Part shown: piece by piece, positions 48,814 through 56,984 of the stretch | How positions within the stretch are numbered: position 1 is the stretch's first letter | Layout of the letters: the number at the start of each line of letters is the position of its first letter | DNA from: Candidatus Anstonellales archaeon | GTDB taxonomy: Archaea > Micrarchaeota > Micrarchaeia > Anstonellales > J096 | Assembly (NCBI GenBank): GCA_038890745.1 | Contig: JAWAFD010000001.1 | Coordinates: 32,001-96,000 of the forward strand | DNA: 64,000 bases | Reading direction: 5' to 3' | The notes under the pieces: model-generated | The model's input: the letters and a program-made list of their open reading frames with translations, nothing else | Told to the model about the DNA's origin: nothing | The model's database searches: none | Made by a program: the position numbers and the translations under genes

Positions 48814-48975
48814 ATGGATAGAGAAGGTAGAGGAAGAGGAGGATTTGGTGGAGAAAGGAAGATGTACCATGCAGTATGCTCTGATTGTGGAGCAGAATGC
48901 GAGGTTCCTTTCGAACCAAAGGAAGGCAGGCCGGTTTACTGCCGGGACTGCTACAGAAACCATAGGAGATTCTAA
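48814..48975 (+). CDS. CxxC-x17-CxxC zinc-finger small protein (53 aa; absent from the ORF track)
   Basis: MDREGRGRGGFGGERKMYHAVCSDCGAECEVPFEPKEGRPVYCRDCYRNHRRF*; GAGGT SD. Confidence 0.88.
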   Translation: MDREGRGRGGFGGERKMYHAVCSDCGAECEVPFEPKEGRPVYCRDCYRNHRRF

Positions 48976-49086
48976 TCTTAGTTTAGTATAAGATGGAATT
49001 TCTTAATTTCTTGTTTTTCTTTTTGTTTTTTGCTTTGTAAGATGGAATGGAAATATATTTAAACACTTATTATCACATATATTACT

Positions 49087-49851
49087 ATGCCTGGATGGAA
49101 AGGAATAAGTAAAAAAATGAGAAATATAGTGTATGAGGGCTTGGTTTTTGCAGGAATTGGTGCCAGTATATTTTTTGGTAAAGCTGGCTGTGAGTATATA
49201 TCTGAAAAAGCAACATGGAAGTATGTTGTTTTGAAAAAAGGGGATGATTTTGTTGTAAAAGAGCCGGTGTATGAAGGGCCTTTTGGGAAGTTGCTTAGAT
49301 TCACTGGAAAACCCGGGAAAGAGAGTATAGACAGCTTGTTGAGAAATAATCCGGATTCGGTTATTTTCAAGATGAAAGATTTTGATTCATTGGTTATTTT
49401 CTACCATCCAATAGAATATCCGTGGGGGAAATGGTGCGGGTATTATAGTACAGATGGGAGCATACACCTCTTGGGTGAGGAAATGGGGGCTACTTTAAGG
49501 CATGAACTATACCATAAGTGGCAGTCGCATGGTCAAACACCGGAGGAATTTTCAAAACGAGTGGACATAGGGGTGGAGATGTTAAAAAAATATTTAGAAG
49601 GGAGAATGGAGCCAATGGAAAGAGAGGTTTTTGAGAGTTTTTGGGGATGTTATTTTGATGAATTGCCTGATGGAAACTTCTATACGCGCGAACGCTTAGA
49701 TTCTATCTCAGCTGAACTAAAAGAAATGCGCGGGAAAATGAGTTTGGATGATGCGCTCAGAGAATTAAGCGGATGGGAGTACAATTTTGCTTTGTACATA
49801 ATTGAGCTTGAAGCAAATTCCCGCGTGGGGGATTTTGAGTTATCGGAATAG
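49087..49851 (+). CDS. Membrane-anchored hypothetical protein with an HExxH zincin-like motif
   Basis: N-terminal TM segment, GYY...IHL...TLRHELYHKWQ, and a late ELEAN. Confidence 0.6.
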   Translation: MPGWKGISKKMRNIVYEGLVFAGIGASIFFGKAGCEYISEKATWKYVVLKKGDDFVVKEPVYEGPFGKLLRFTGKPGKESIDSLLRNNPDSVIFKMKDFDSLVIFYHPIEYPWGKWCGYYSTDGSIHLLGEEMGATLRHELYHKWQSHGQTPEEFSKRVDIGVEMLKKYLEGRMEPMEREVFESFWGCYFDELPDGNFYTRERLDSISAELKEMRGKMSLDDALRELSGWEYNFALYIIELEANSRVGDFELSE

Positions 49852-49887
49852 GCAAGATTTAAAAATAATCCTCTCTATAAAAGATAC

Positions 49888-50133
49888 ATGGCATACGTAG
49901 AAACGCTTGTGGCTGGATGGTTAGAAGTCCTAAAAAACATCGGGCCCATGATTTCTGTAATATTAATAATTCTGGGTGGAATTGTGTATGGAATATCAAA
50001 CATGCAACCATCAGAAGTAAGGGGGAAATGGCAGGCTGCTGCAATCGGGATGATTGTTGGTGGGATAATAATAGGCGCGATAGTAGGCGCGGCAGATATA
50101 ATACAGGATGTTTCTTCAAAACTCTTGCAATAA
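49888..50133 (+). CDS. Two-helix pilin-like protein (TrbC/VirB2-, CedA1/TedC-like)
   Basis: 81 aa with two Gly-rich hydrophobic helices joined by the short charged loop PSEVRGKW; first gene of an operon containing a VirB4-like ATPase. Confidence 0.6.
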   Translation: MAYVETLVAGWLEVLKNIGPMISVILIILGGIVYGISNMQPSEVRGKWQAAAIGMIVGGIIIGAIVGAADIIQDVSSKLLQ

Positions 50134-50156
50134 TTTATTGAGGTTGGGGGAGTGTT

Positions 50157-51080
50157 GTGGAACTCGGAATCGCATCCAGCATAGTAGCAATAATGATTAT
50201 CCTATCCGGTATAGCGATAGGGGTAGGAAAGGCAATAGGGAGTAAGCGACTGGAGCTTTTTGGTGTTGAGGAGTTTGCTCAGGCAGTTCTCAATGCAGCG
50301 ATAATTGGTGTTTTTGCAGCTATTGTCACAACAATAACCCAGGTATCCTCAGATATTGATTTTTTAACATGCGGGGCGGGGCTGCCGGAAGAGTTGCAGT
50401 GTCAAATGGCAAATGTTGAAAACACGAGCTTTTCCCTTATGACCGAGACAACAAAAACAAGTTTAACTTTAGGGTATTATGAGTCACTTTTGCTTTATTT
50501 CGGCGCTTTTGACATACAAATTCTAAAAGGGCTGGGGCCGATAAGGGAAACGCTTGGGGATGGAATAAAATTTCTGAATCTAAACAGCACTTTTGCGGCG
50601 ATGAACTCACAGCTTGCAAATTTTATCGCACAAACAATGTTAGAGGTTTTTCTTCCGCTGGGGATAATCTTTAGGTCTTTTTTTGCAACAAGGAAAATTG
50701 GTGGGTTTTTGATAGGTGCTGCGATAGGCTTTTATCTTCTATTTCCGTATTTTATTCTAATTGTGCCATCGCCATTACCCATACTTGATAGTACGGTTGC
50801 CTCATTCAAAGCAATAAATGAAAACGCAAACTACGCAACCATGCCAATAGTCGACCTCAATAACAACTATGCTGTTGCTGAGAAGCTTTATGGGTTAAGC
50901 ACAGGAGATTTTGTGGGGGCATTGATAATGGCGATAAAGGGGCTTGCGGATGCAAATGGAGCATTGCTCCTGTATGTAATAATCGGGCCGGTGATCGCTC
51001 TTGCAGCGAACATTGTTTTTATGCTTGCGATAACGGAAATGCTTGGTTCGCATTTCGTACTTAATGTAGGGGTGATATGA
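50157..51080 (+). CDS. Polytopic membrane protein (VirB6/CedA-like candidate)
   Basis: About 5 TM segments; LPLGIIFRSFFATRKIGGFLIGAAIGFYLLFP motif; overlaps the next gene. Confidence 0.55.
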   Translation: MELGIASSIVAIMIILSGIAIGVGKAIGSKRLELFGVEEFAQAVLNAAIIGVFAAIVTTITQVSSDIDFLTCGAGLPEELQCQMANVENTSFSLMTETTKTSLTLGYYESLLLYFGAFDIQILKGLGPIRETLGDGIKFLNLNSTFAAMNSQLANFIAQTMLEVFLPLGIIFRSFFATRKIGGFLIGAAIGFYLLFPYFILIVPSPLPILDSTVASFKAINENANYATMPIVDLNNNYAVAEKLYGLSTGDFVGALIMAIKGLADANGALLLYVIIGPVIALAANIVFMLAITEMLGSHFVLNVGVI

Positions 51081-51862
51081 TGATAGAGAATAGGTTTGTA
51101 ACGATAGCGTGCTTGATAGTAGCTGTTGCTTCTCTTTTGTACACAATAGCCAGCGGGAATATTTTTGCAGCGCTCATTGCGGTTGTGTTCGCATTTTTAA
51201 CCCTTCTTATGTGGAAATACGGATATCTGGTAATGCCATATTTTTTCGAGAAAACAAAAATAGTTGAGATAAGGTATGGGTATGAGATTCCACCTTCAAG
51301 GGACTACCTGATAAGGAAAACCCCTTCCGGGTATCTTGCAACTAAATTTCTTGGAATAAAACTTCATGAGAGTACATTGGATAAAGGAGAGAAGGAAAGG
51401 GCTTCCCTGCTCGCAAGTTTTGAGAGGGCGATATCAAGTCTAAACAATGTGGTGAAAATTTCTTACCTTCTCGCTCCCCTTGACATCACAAAGCATGTTG
51501 AGGAGATAAAGACACAGAGGAGCATGGCTGAGGTTAAAAGGGCAAAGCTGGGCGCGAAAGAGAAAGAGGAAGCAGTGATCTTGGACAGGCAGATTGCAAT
51601 GTGGAACAGGCTTTTAGAAAGAATAAGTGGTGGGGAGAAGCCGCTGGAGACAATAATCTTTGCATCCACAACCGCAAGCGGGGCGACAAGGGAGGAAGCT
51701 GTTGCAAAGGTGAAAAGACAGGCAAAGGAGATAAGAACTATACTGAGTTCTACTTTAGGGGCTGATGTTGTGGAACTCATGGATAGCGATATGCTGAGAT
51801 GCTTTGAGTGGGAGTTTTTCGCGCCTCCGACGCCAGAAGCTCTAAAAGATGAGGTGTTTTAG
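51077..51862 (+). CDS. Two-TM membrane protein with a cytoplasmic alpha/beta and coiled-coil domain
   Basis: Two N-terminal TM segments; translationally coupled to the ATPase. Confidence 0.6.
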   Translation: MMIENRFVTIACLIVAVASLLYTIASGNIFAALIAVVFAFLTLLMWKYGYLVMPYFFEKTKIVEIRYGYEIPPSRDYLIRKTPSGYLATKFLGIKLHESTLDKGEKERASLLASFERAISSLNNVVKISYLLAPLDITKHVEEIKTQRSMAEVKRAKLGAKEKEEAVILDRQIAMWNRLLERISGGEKPLETIIFASTTASGATREEAVAKVKRQAKEIRTILSSTLGADVVELMDSDMLRCFEWEFFAPPTPEALKDEVF

Positions 51863-53295
51863 TGCTCGAGACAACGCTTGTTTATACGAAAGACCTGGCG
51901 CCGAGAATGCCGCTCGTGCACCCACCAGAGCCAGAGCCATCCCTGCTTGTTTCTGACCCGGATAAGGGGATTTATATTGGAAAAACAAGGTTCCTTAAGG
52001 TTCCTGTATTCTGGGATTTTAGAAAACTCATAAACCCGCATATAGCAATATGCGGAATTACCGGAAGCGGAAAAAGTTATTTGGTTAAGACATTTCTAAC
52101 GAGAGCTGCGCTCATATGGAACAGCAATGCTATAATTCTGGATTGGGTTGGGGAGTATGATAGGTGGGTAAGGCAGGCTGGCGGGAAGGTAATACGGTTG
52201 GGCGAGGAGCATTTGAACCTCCTGGACCTGGGCGGGATGAGCCCATCTGAAAGAATACAGCAGATTCTATCATCGCTTGAAATTCTTGCGGATTTGAAAA
52301 GCTTCCCTGATGAGAGGAACGATATTGAAGAGGCACTGGAGTATGTTTATGAAAAAAAGAAGGAGCCGACGCTTATGGATGTTGTGAGATATTTAGAGAA
52401 CAAAAACAAAAGGGCAATGAGACTGCTGAAAAGGTATACCGTTGAAGGGTCGGATTTTTTTGCGAAGAAATCAACCCTAAAGCTTGAAAAATTACTCACC
52501 TCTGGTTTGGTTTGCATAGACCTTCACTCTCTCCCAACAGAGGAGATGAGAAGTTTGGCCGGCCTAACTATACTGCAGTTCATAAAGGAAAAAATGAGAA
52601 GGAAGGAGATGAAGGAGGAGAAGGGGATAGATTTGTTTGTTGTGCTGGATGAGGCATGGAAGATAGCGCAGGATGAGAGGAGCGATGTTATCACGATAGT
52701 GAGGGAGGGGAGGAAGTATAATTTTGCGCTCATTGTAGCGAGCCAAAACCCAAATGATGTGCATAAAACCATTTTCAGCAATGTAGGGACTATGGTTATC
52801 CTTAGGCTGGTTTTGAAGGAGTTTAGGGAGTATGTGCAGCATTCTCTTGGATATTCGGATTTTATAGATAGTGAGATTGCTAGGTTTGGGGTTGGGGATG
52901 CTGCACTTCATATGATATTTTCTGAAAGAAGGGCGGGTGCCTCAACTTTTCTTTTGAAAAAAATAGATGGGGAGGACCCGCTTTTTGTTTATGCAATAGA
53001 GGGTGGTGGAATGGCGATTGAAATGGAAAGAGAGCAGTTCATAAAACTGCTTCATGGAATGGGGCTAAGCGATGAGCAGATAACTATGGTGAGGCAGGAG
53101 TTTGAGAAAAACGATGGGAAGATGGATGGGGTTAGGCTTGTTGGGATGCTTGAAAAATTTGGGTATGCCAGAAGCGCCATTATTGCGTTCATGAGACAGT
53201 TGGGGGCTGATGAAAGAAGCATAACCCAGCTTTTCGCATTGCTGAAAAGAAGGACTGCTGAAAAAGGGGTTGTTGACCTTTACTTAGAAGAGTGA
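51862..53295 (+). CDS. VirB4/HerA/FtsK-superfamily ATPase (DUF87) with a C-terminal helical extension
   Basis: NPHIAICGITGSGKS Walker A, ILDWVGEY, VVLDEAW Walker B and REGRKY...ASQ arginine finger. Confidence 0.9.
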   Translation: MLETTLVYTKDLAPRMPLVHPPEPEPSLLVSDPDKGIYIGKTRFLKVPVFWDFRKLINPHIAICGITGSGKSYLVKTFLTRAALIWNSNAIILDWVGEYDRWVRQAGGKVIRLGEEHLNLLDLGGMSPSERIQQILSSLEILADLKSFPDERNDIEEALEYVYEKKKEPTLMDVVRYLENKNKRAMRLLKRYTVEGSDFFAKKSTLKLEKLLTSGLVCIDLHSLPTEEMRSLAGLTILQFIKEKMRRKEMKEEKGIDLFVVLDEAWKIAQDERSDVITIVREGRKYNFALIVASQNPNDVHKTIFSNVGTMVILRLVLKEFREYVQHSLGYSDFIDSEIARFGVGDAALHMIFSERRAGASTFLLKKIDGEDPLFVYAIEGGGMAIEMEREQFIKLLHGMGLSDEQITMVRQEFEKNDGKMDGVRLVGMLEKFGYARSAIIAFMRQLGADERSITQLFALLKRRTAEKGVVDLYLEE

Positions 53296-53299
53296 GAAA

Positions 53300-53998
53300 A
53301 TGGAAACGGAAAAAATAGTGATAAAGGCAAAAAGAAAGGGTGAGGAGCAGATCCTCTCCCTTCTTGGGGATTTGGGGTTCAGCAGAATTGAATATGAAGG
53401 TAAGGATATTGTTGTTGAAAAAATAGAAGCAGAGGATATGAAAGGAAAGCCGTTTCTTTTCTATAGAATAGTTTTTGCACCTGATGAGATCGTGCTAGAA
53501 TATGCCGTGCCGCCTAAATTTAACAAAAAGCAAAGGTTTTTGCAGGTATTCCCTGTTTTTTTAACTTCATTGAAGCTTGTGGAGAGGTATTATGAAATAA
53601 ATGCGATTCCGGTTTATAACAATGTAGTAGAGTTTTTGGAGGACATGCAAAAGATGATTGGAGCGGATATGATAGAGGTGCATTCAAAACTCACAGAGCT
53701 TCAGCAGAGGTATGATGAACTGAAGCATAAGTATGAGGAGCTTGTGAGGAGCAGTGAAGAAAATGCAAGGCTTCTTCTGGAATGTGAAAAGAAAAGGGTT
53801 AGCTTGGGAAAGAGGATAGAGGCGCTAGAAGGCATGAGCGAGGAGCTGTTGAAAGAAAGGATATACAAATGGCTGAAGGCACATGATGGCGAGATAGATG
53901 TGGAAGAGTTTGCAAAAATAAATGGAGTCGCACCGCAAAGGGTGGAGGAAGGGCTTGAAATGCTATTAAAAGATGAGTACATAAAGAGGAAAACATGA
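53300..53998 (+). CDS. Coiled-coil protein with a C-terminal winged-helix domain
   Basis: Heptad coiled coil at roughly aa 125-180, then IYKWLKAHDGEIDVEEFAKINGV...EGLEMLLKDEYI. Confidence 0.75.
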   Translation: METEKIVIKAKRKGEEQILSLLGDLGFSRIEYEGKDIVVEKIEAEDMKGKPFLFYRIVFAPDEIVLEYAVPPKFNKKQRFLQVFPVFLTSLKLVERYYEINAIPVYNNVVEFLEDMQKMIGADMIEVHSKLTELQQRYDELKHKYEELVRSSEENARLLLECEKKRVSLGKRIEALEGMSEELLKERIYKWLKAHDGEIDVEEFAKINGVAPQRVEEGLEMLLKDEYIKRKT

Positions 53999-54168
53999 GA
54001 TATAAATTTGAGATCATAGGGGCTTACCCAAAAAGAAGGTTTGCTGTTTACGAAAAGAAGGAGAGCTTTTTTGATAAAGTGAAAAGAATCTTAGGATGGA
54101 AAAAGAAGGAGAAGGAGAAAAAGAAGTCGGAAATAAAAAAAACGGAAGGTGAAGGGGAGAGGAAGTAG
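53995..54168 (+). CDS. Small basic protein (57 aa; absent from the ORF track)
   Basis: ATGA overlap with the upstream stop; MRYKFEIIGAYPKRRFAVYEKKESFFDKVKRILGWKKK... Confidence 0.5.
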   Translation: MRYKFEIIGAYPKRRFAVYEKKESFFDKVKRILGWKKKEKEKKKSEIKKTEGEGERK

Positions 54169-54184
54169 TGTAACTATGGTTACA
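54169..54184. promoter_or_regulatory. Palindrome TGTAACTATGGTTACA (copy 2, one mismatch)
   Basis: Matches 3751..3766 and 58965..58980; upstream of the TATA box of the ComF-like gene. Confidence 0.6.
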
Positions 54185-54235
54185 ATGGAGGCGAAGCTTG
54201 CTTACATTTAAAAATAAATAACGAGTAAGAATGGC

Positions 54236-54915
54236 ATGGCTGTTGATGCCATTGATGGATGGTATAGGGGGCAAAAAGGAAAAATTTCTAATGAAATAAT
54301 TCCTATTTTTTCGTTAGGCCATTATAAACGTAAAGATGAGGGTGAAGACGAACATTCAAAAGATATCAACCTTTTTTACAAATATGGGTATAAAGACCTT
54401 ATGGATAGGTTTAATAGTAGGTTCAAACAATTGTATGAGAGGCGTTTTAAATCCGATATTGACTTTGATTATGTTTGTGTTTGCCCAACAAGTAAGAAGG
54501 ATCAGTTAATAAATATATGGAAAATATGGTAAAAGAATTTGGAAAGGATACCGGAATTCCATACAAGAGAATATTGAGGAGAAAAAGGGATACAAAACAG
54601 CAGCATACTATGGAAAAGTCTGAAGATAGATATGAAAATGTCAAAGATTCGATATCAGTCGATTTTGATGTCTCTGGCAAAAATATTTTAGTTTTTGATA
54701 ATGTCTGCATTAGCGGAGCAACTTTTGATGAGGTTTTGTCAAAATTAAAAAAGGCGGGAGCTAATAAAGTAATTTTCTTTTGTCTGGGGTTGGGTTCAAA
54801 AGCAAAGGAGAGTGATTTTGATATCAACAAAAATTTTAAGCATAAAGCATCCCATATCATAGAAAACTGGCATTGGCCAAAGGTACCCAAAGCTAAAAGG
54901 ATTTCTCGCAAATAA
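54236..54915 (+). pseudogene. ComF-like phosphoribosyltransferase split by a 1-nt frameshift near 54505..54515
   Basis: ORF1 ends ...DYVCVCPTSKKDQL; ORF2 has LRRKRDTKQQH...RYENVKD and GKNILVFDNVCISGAT. Adding one A gives the continuous reading QLNKYMENM. Confidence 0.75.
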
Positions 54916-55594
54916 AACTACTAAGCTTAATTTTATTAACTCGTTTCAGCAAAGCTAGGATATCATCAACATCTTCAACAAACTCCGCACCGTACCTTTC
55001 TCTTGCTAACATCAAACCTTCATTCGGGTAGATGCCTTCTTTTTTAGCACATAGCAACATTTTACCTTGCTTATACGCAACTGAAATCTGATTCATAGAA
55101 CCGCCTTTTATTTTACTAGCAACTAACAAAACAGCATCGGCTAAACCGGAAGTAATCCTATTTCTAGAAGTATAAGAAAACTTTGTTCCAAAAAATTCTG
55201 GATGATGTTCGCTTAGGATCAGTCCTTGGCTTGCAATTTTTTTGAACAGCTCTGCGTTTTCTTCAGGATAGAGATGATTAAACCCAGAACCAAGAACGGC
55301 AATCGTTTTTCCTTCGGCAGAGAGACATCCCTCATGTGCTGCGGTATCTACCCCTCTTGCACCACCGCTAACTATAATATATTTCCTCTTAGCTAACTCG
55401 TATGCAATATTATAAGCGAATTCGATCGCTATTTTATTAGGATTTCTTGTCCCCACGATCGCAATCATTCTCCCTCTGTTAGCAAGAGAGATATCTCCTG
55501 AATAATACAGAACCTTAGGAGGATTCTCTATTTTCCTTAGATTATTTGGATAATTTGGGTCATTGATAGTTATAGTTTTTATTTCGAGCGTCAT
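54893..55594 (-). CDS. dprA: DNA-processing protein DprA/Smf (Rossmann domain)
   Basis: YPNNLRKIENPP, IAIVGTR, IVSGGARGVDTAAH, TIAVLGSG and RNRITSGL. Confidence 0.92.
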   Translation of the reverse strand: MTLEIKTITINDPNYPNNLRKIENPPKVLYYSGDISLANRGRMIAIVGTRNPNKIAIEFAYNIAYELAKRKYIIVSGGARGVDTAAHEGCLSAEGKTIAVLGSGFNHLYPEENAELFKKIASQGLILSEHHPEFFGTKFSYTSRNRITSGLADAVLLVASKIKGGSMNQISVAYKQGKMLLCAKKEGIYPNEGLMLARERYGAEFVEDVDDILALLKRVNKIKLSSFICEKSF

Positions 55595-55682
55595 ATTAAT
55601 AAGTCGCATTACTGATTTATAAATTTTTGTAAGCTTTAGTTCCGAAGCCAAAACTTTTTAATATTATTCGAGAAATAGGTTT

Positions 55683-56978
55683 ATGAAAGTCCTTCTTATA
55701 GGCCATGGGGCTAGGGAGCATGCGATCGCTGAGCAGATTGCAAAGAGCTCTGTTCTTTATGCATACATGGGCCACAAAAATCCTGGAATAGCAAGGCTCG
55801 CGGCGAAGTATTTTATTGGGGATATTACAAATCCTGAGATGATAGGTTTTTGGGCAACAACAGAGGGAATAGATATTGCGATAGTTGGGTCAGACCCTTC
55901 TCTGGCTGCTGGCGTAACGGATGCGCTTTTGCGGGCAGGGGTTGCTGTTGCATCACCAACAAAAGAAGCGGCGAGGATAGAGTGGAACAAAGCCTATGCG
56001 AGAGAACTCCTAAACAGGCATAAAATACCTGGCTCACCAGAACATTTTGTTGTGAGAAGCGAAGAAGAACTGAAAAAAGCGTTCAAGGAGTTTGAGGAAG
56101 TTGCTGTAAAGCCAACCGGGCTGACCGGTGGAAAGGGAGTAAAGGTGATGGGAGACCATTTTAAAAACAAAAACGAAGCGAAAAAATATGCAGAGGAGAT
56201 TTTGAAAAAAGAAAAGGAGGTTGTGATTGAGGAAAGGCTTGTTGGAGAGGAGTTTAGCTTGCAGGCTTTTGTTGATGGCTCGCGGATAAGCGCCATGCCT
56301 CCGGTTCAAGATTTTAAAAGGGCATTTGAAAACGATGAGGGACCAAATACGGGAGGCATGGGGAGCTACAGCACAGGCCAGCTCCTTCCATTTATGGAAA
56401 GAAGGGATCTGGAGGAAGCAAAGGAGATAATGGAAAAAACAGTCAAGGCAATGGCAAAAGAAGGGGTTCCGTTCAAAGGGGTTCTTTATGGAGGGTTTAT
56501 GATTACTTCGGATGGAGTAAAATTAATAGAATACAACGCAAGGTTTGGGGACCCGGAAGCGATGAATGTCCTTCCTTTGCTCAGAACAGAGTTTGTTGAA
56601 ATACTTTGGAGCATTGTTGATGGCCGGCTTAAACCTGCTGTGTTTGCTGAGAAAAACACGGTTGTGAAATACCTTGTACCAAACGGATATCCTGATAAAC
56701 CAAAAAAAGACGCTGAAATAAAAATAGATGAAAAGTGCGTGTGGGATAAAGGGGCGAAGCTTTACTTCGGTTCTGTTTATGAAAAGGATGGGAAGGTTTA
56801 CACAACAGGGTCAAGGGCGGTTGCGCTATTCAGTAAGGGAGAGAGTTTGGAGGAGGCTAGGTTTACAGCTGAGGGTGCAATCATGTGCGTAAAGGGGCCG
56901 CTTTTCTATAGAAAGGACATAGGAACAAATGAGAACATAGAAAAGAAAATAAGGAGGATGAAGGAAATAAGGGGATAG
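55683..56978 (+). CDS. purD: Phosphoribosylamine--glycine ligase
   Basis: GHGAREHA, GGKGV, QDFKRAFENDEGPNTGGMG, EYNARFGDPE and YRKDIG. Confidence 0.96.
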   Translation: MKVLLIGHGAREHAIAEQIAKSSVLYAYMGHKNPGIARLAAKYFIGDITNPEMIGFWATTEGIDIAIVGSDPSLAAGVTDALLRAGVAVASPTKEAARIEWNKAYARELLNRHKIPGSPEHFVVRSEEELKKAFKEFEEVAVKPTGLTGGKGVKVMGDHFKNKNEAKKYAEEILKKEKEVVIEERLVGEEFSLQAFVDGSRISAMPPVQDFKRAFENDEGPNTGGMGSYSTGQLLPFMERRDLEEAKEIMEKTVKAMAKEGVPFKGVLYGGFMITSDGVKLIEYNARFGDPEAMNVLPLLRTEFVEILWSIVDGRLKPAVFAEKNTVVKYLVPNGYPDKPKKDAEIKIDEKCVWDKGAKLYFGSVYEKDGKVYTTGSRAVALFSKGESLEEARFTAEGAIMCVKGPLFYRKDIGTNENIEKKIRRMKEIRG

Positions 56979-56984
56979 AAGAAA

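Noticed and set aside
51862..53295. HerA of the NurA-HerA-Mre11-Rad50 repair operon
   Set aside because: No N-terminal HAS barrel is evident and there are no nurA/mre11/rad50 neighbours; the context is membrane proteins.
54014..54274. 86-aa ORF on the - strand
   Set aside because: Low-complexity antisense of a purine-rich + strand small ORF and the downstream promoter.
49888..55594. Integrated conjugative plasmid or provirus
   Set aside because: No relaxase, integrase, replication or capsid gene and no att repeats were seen, and the flanking genes look chromosomal.
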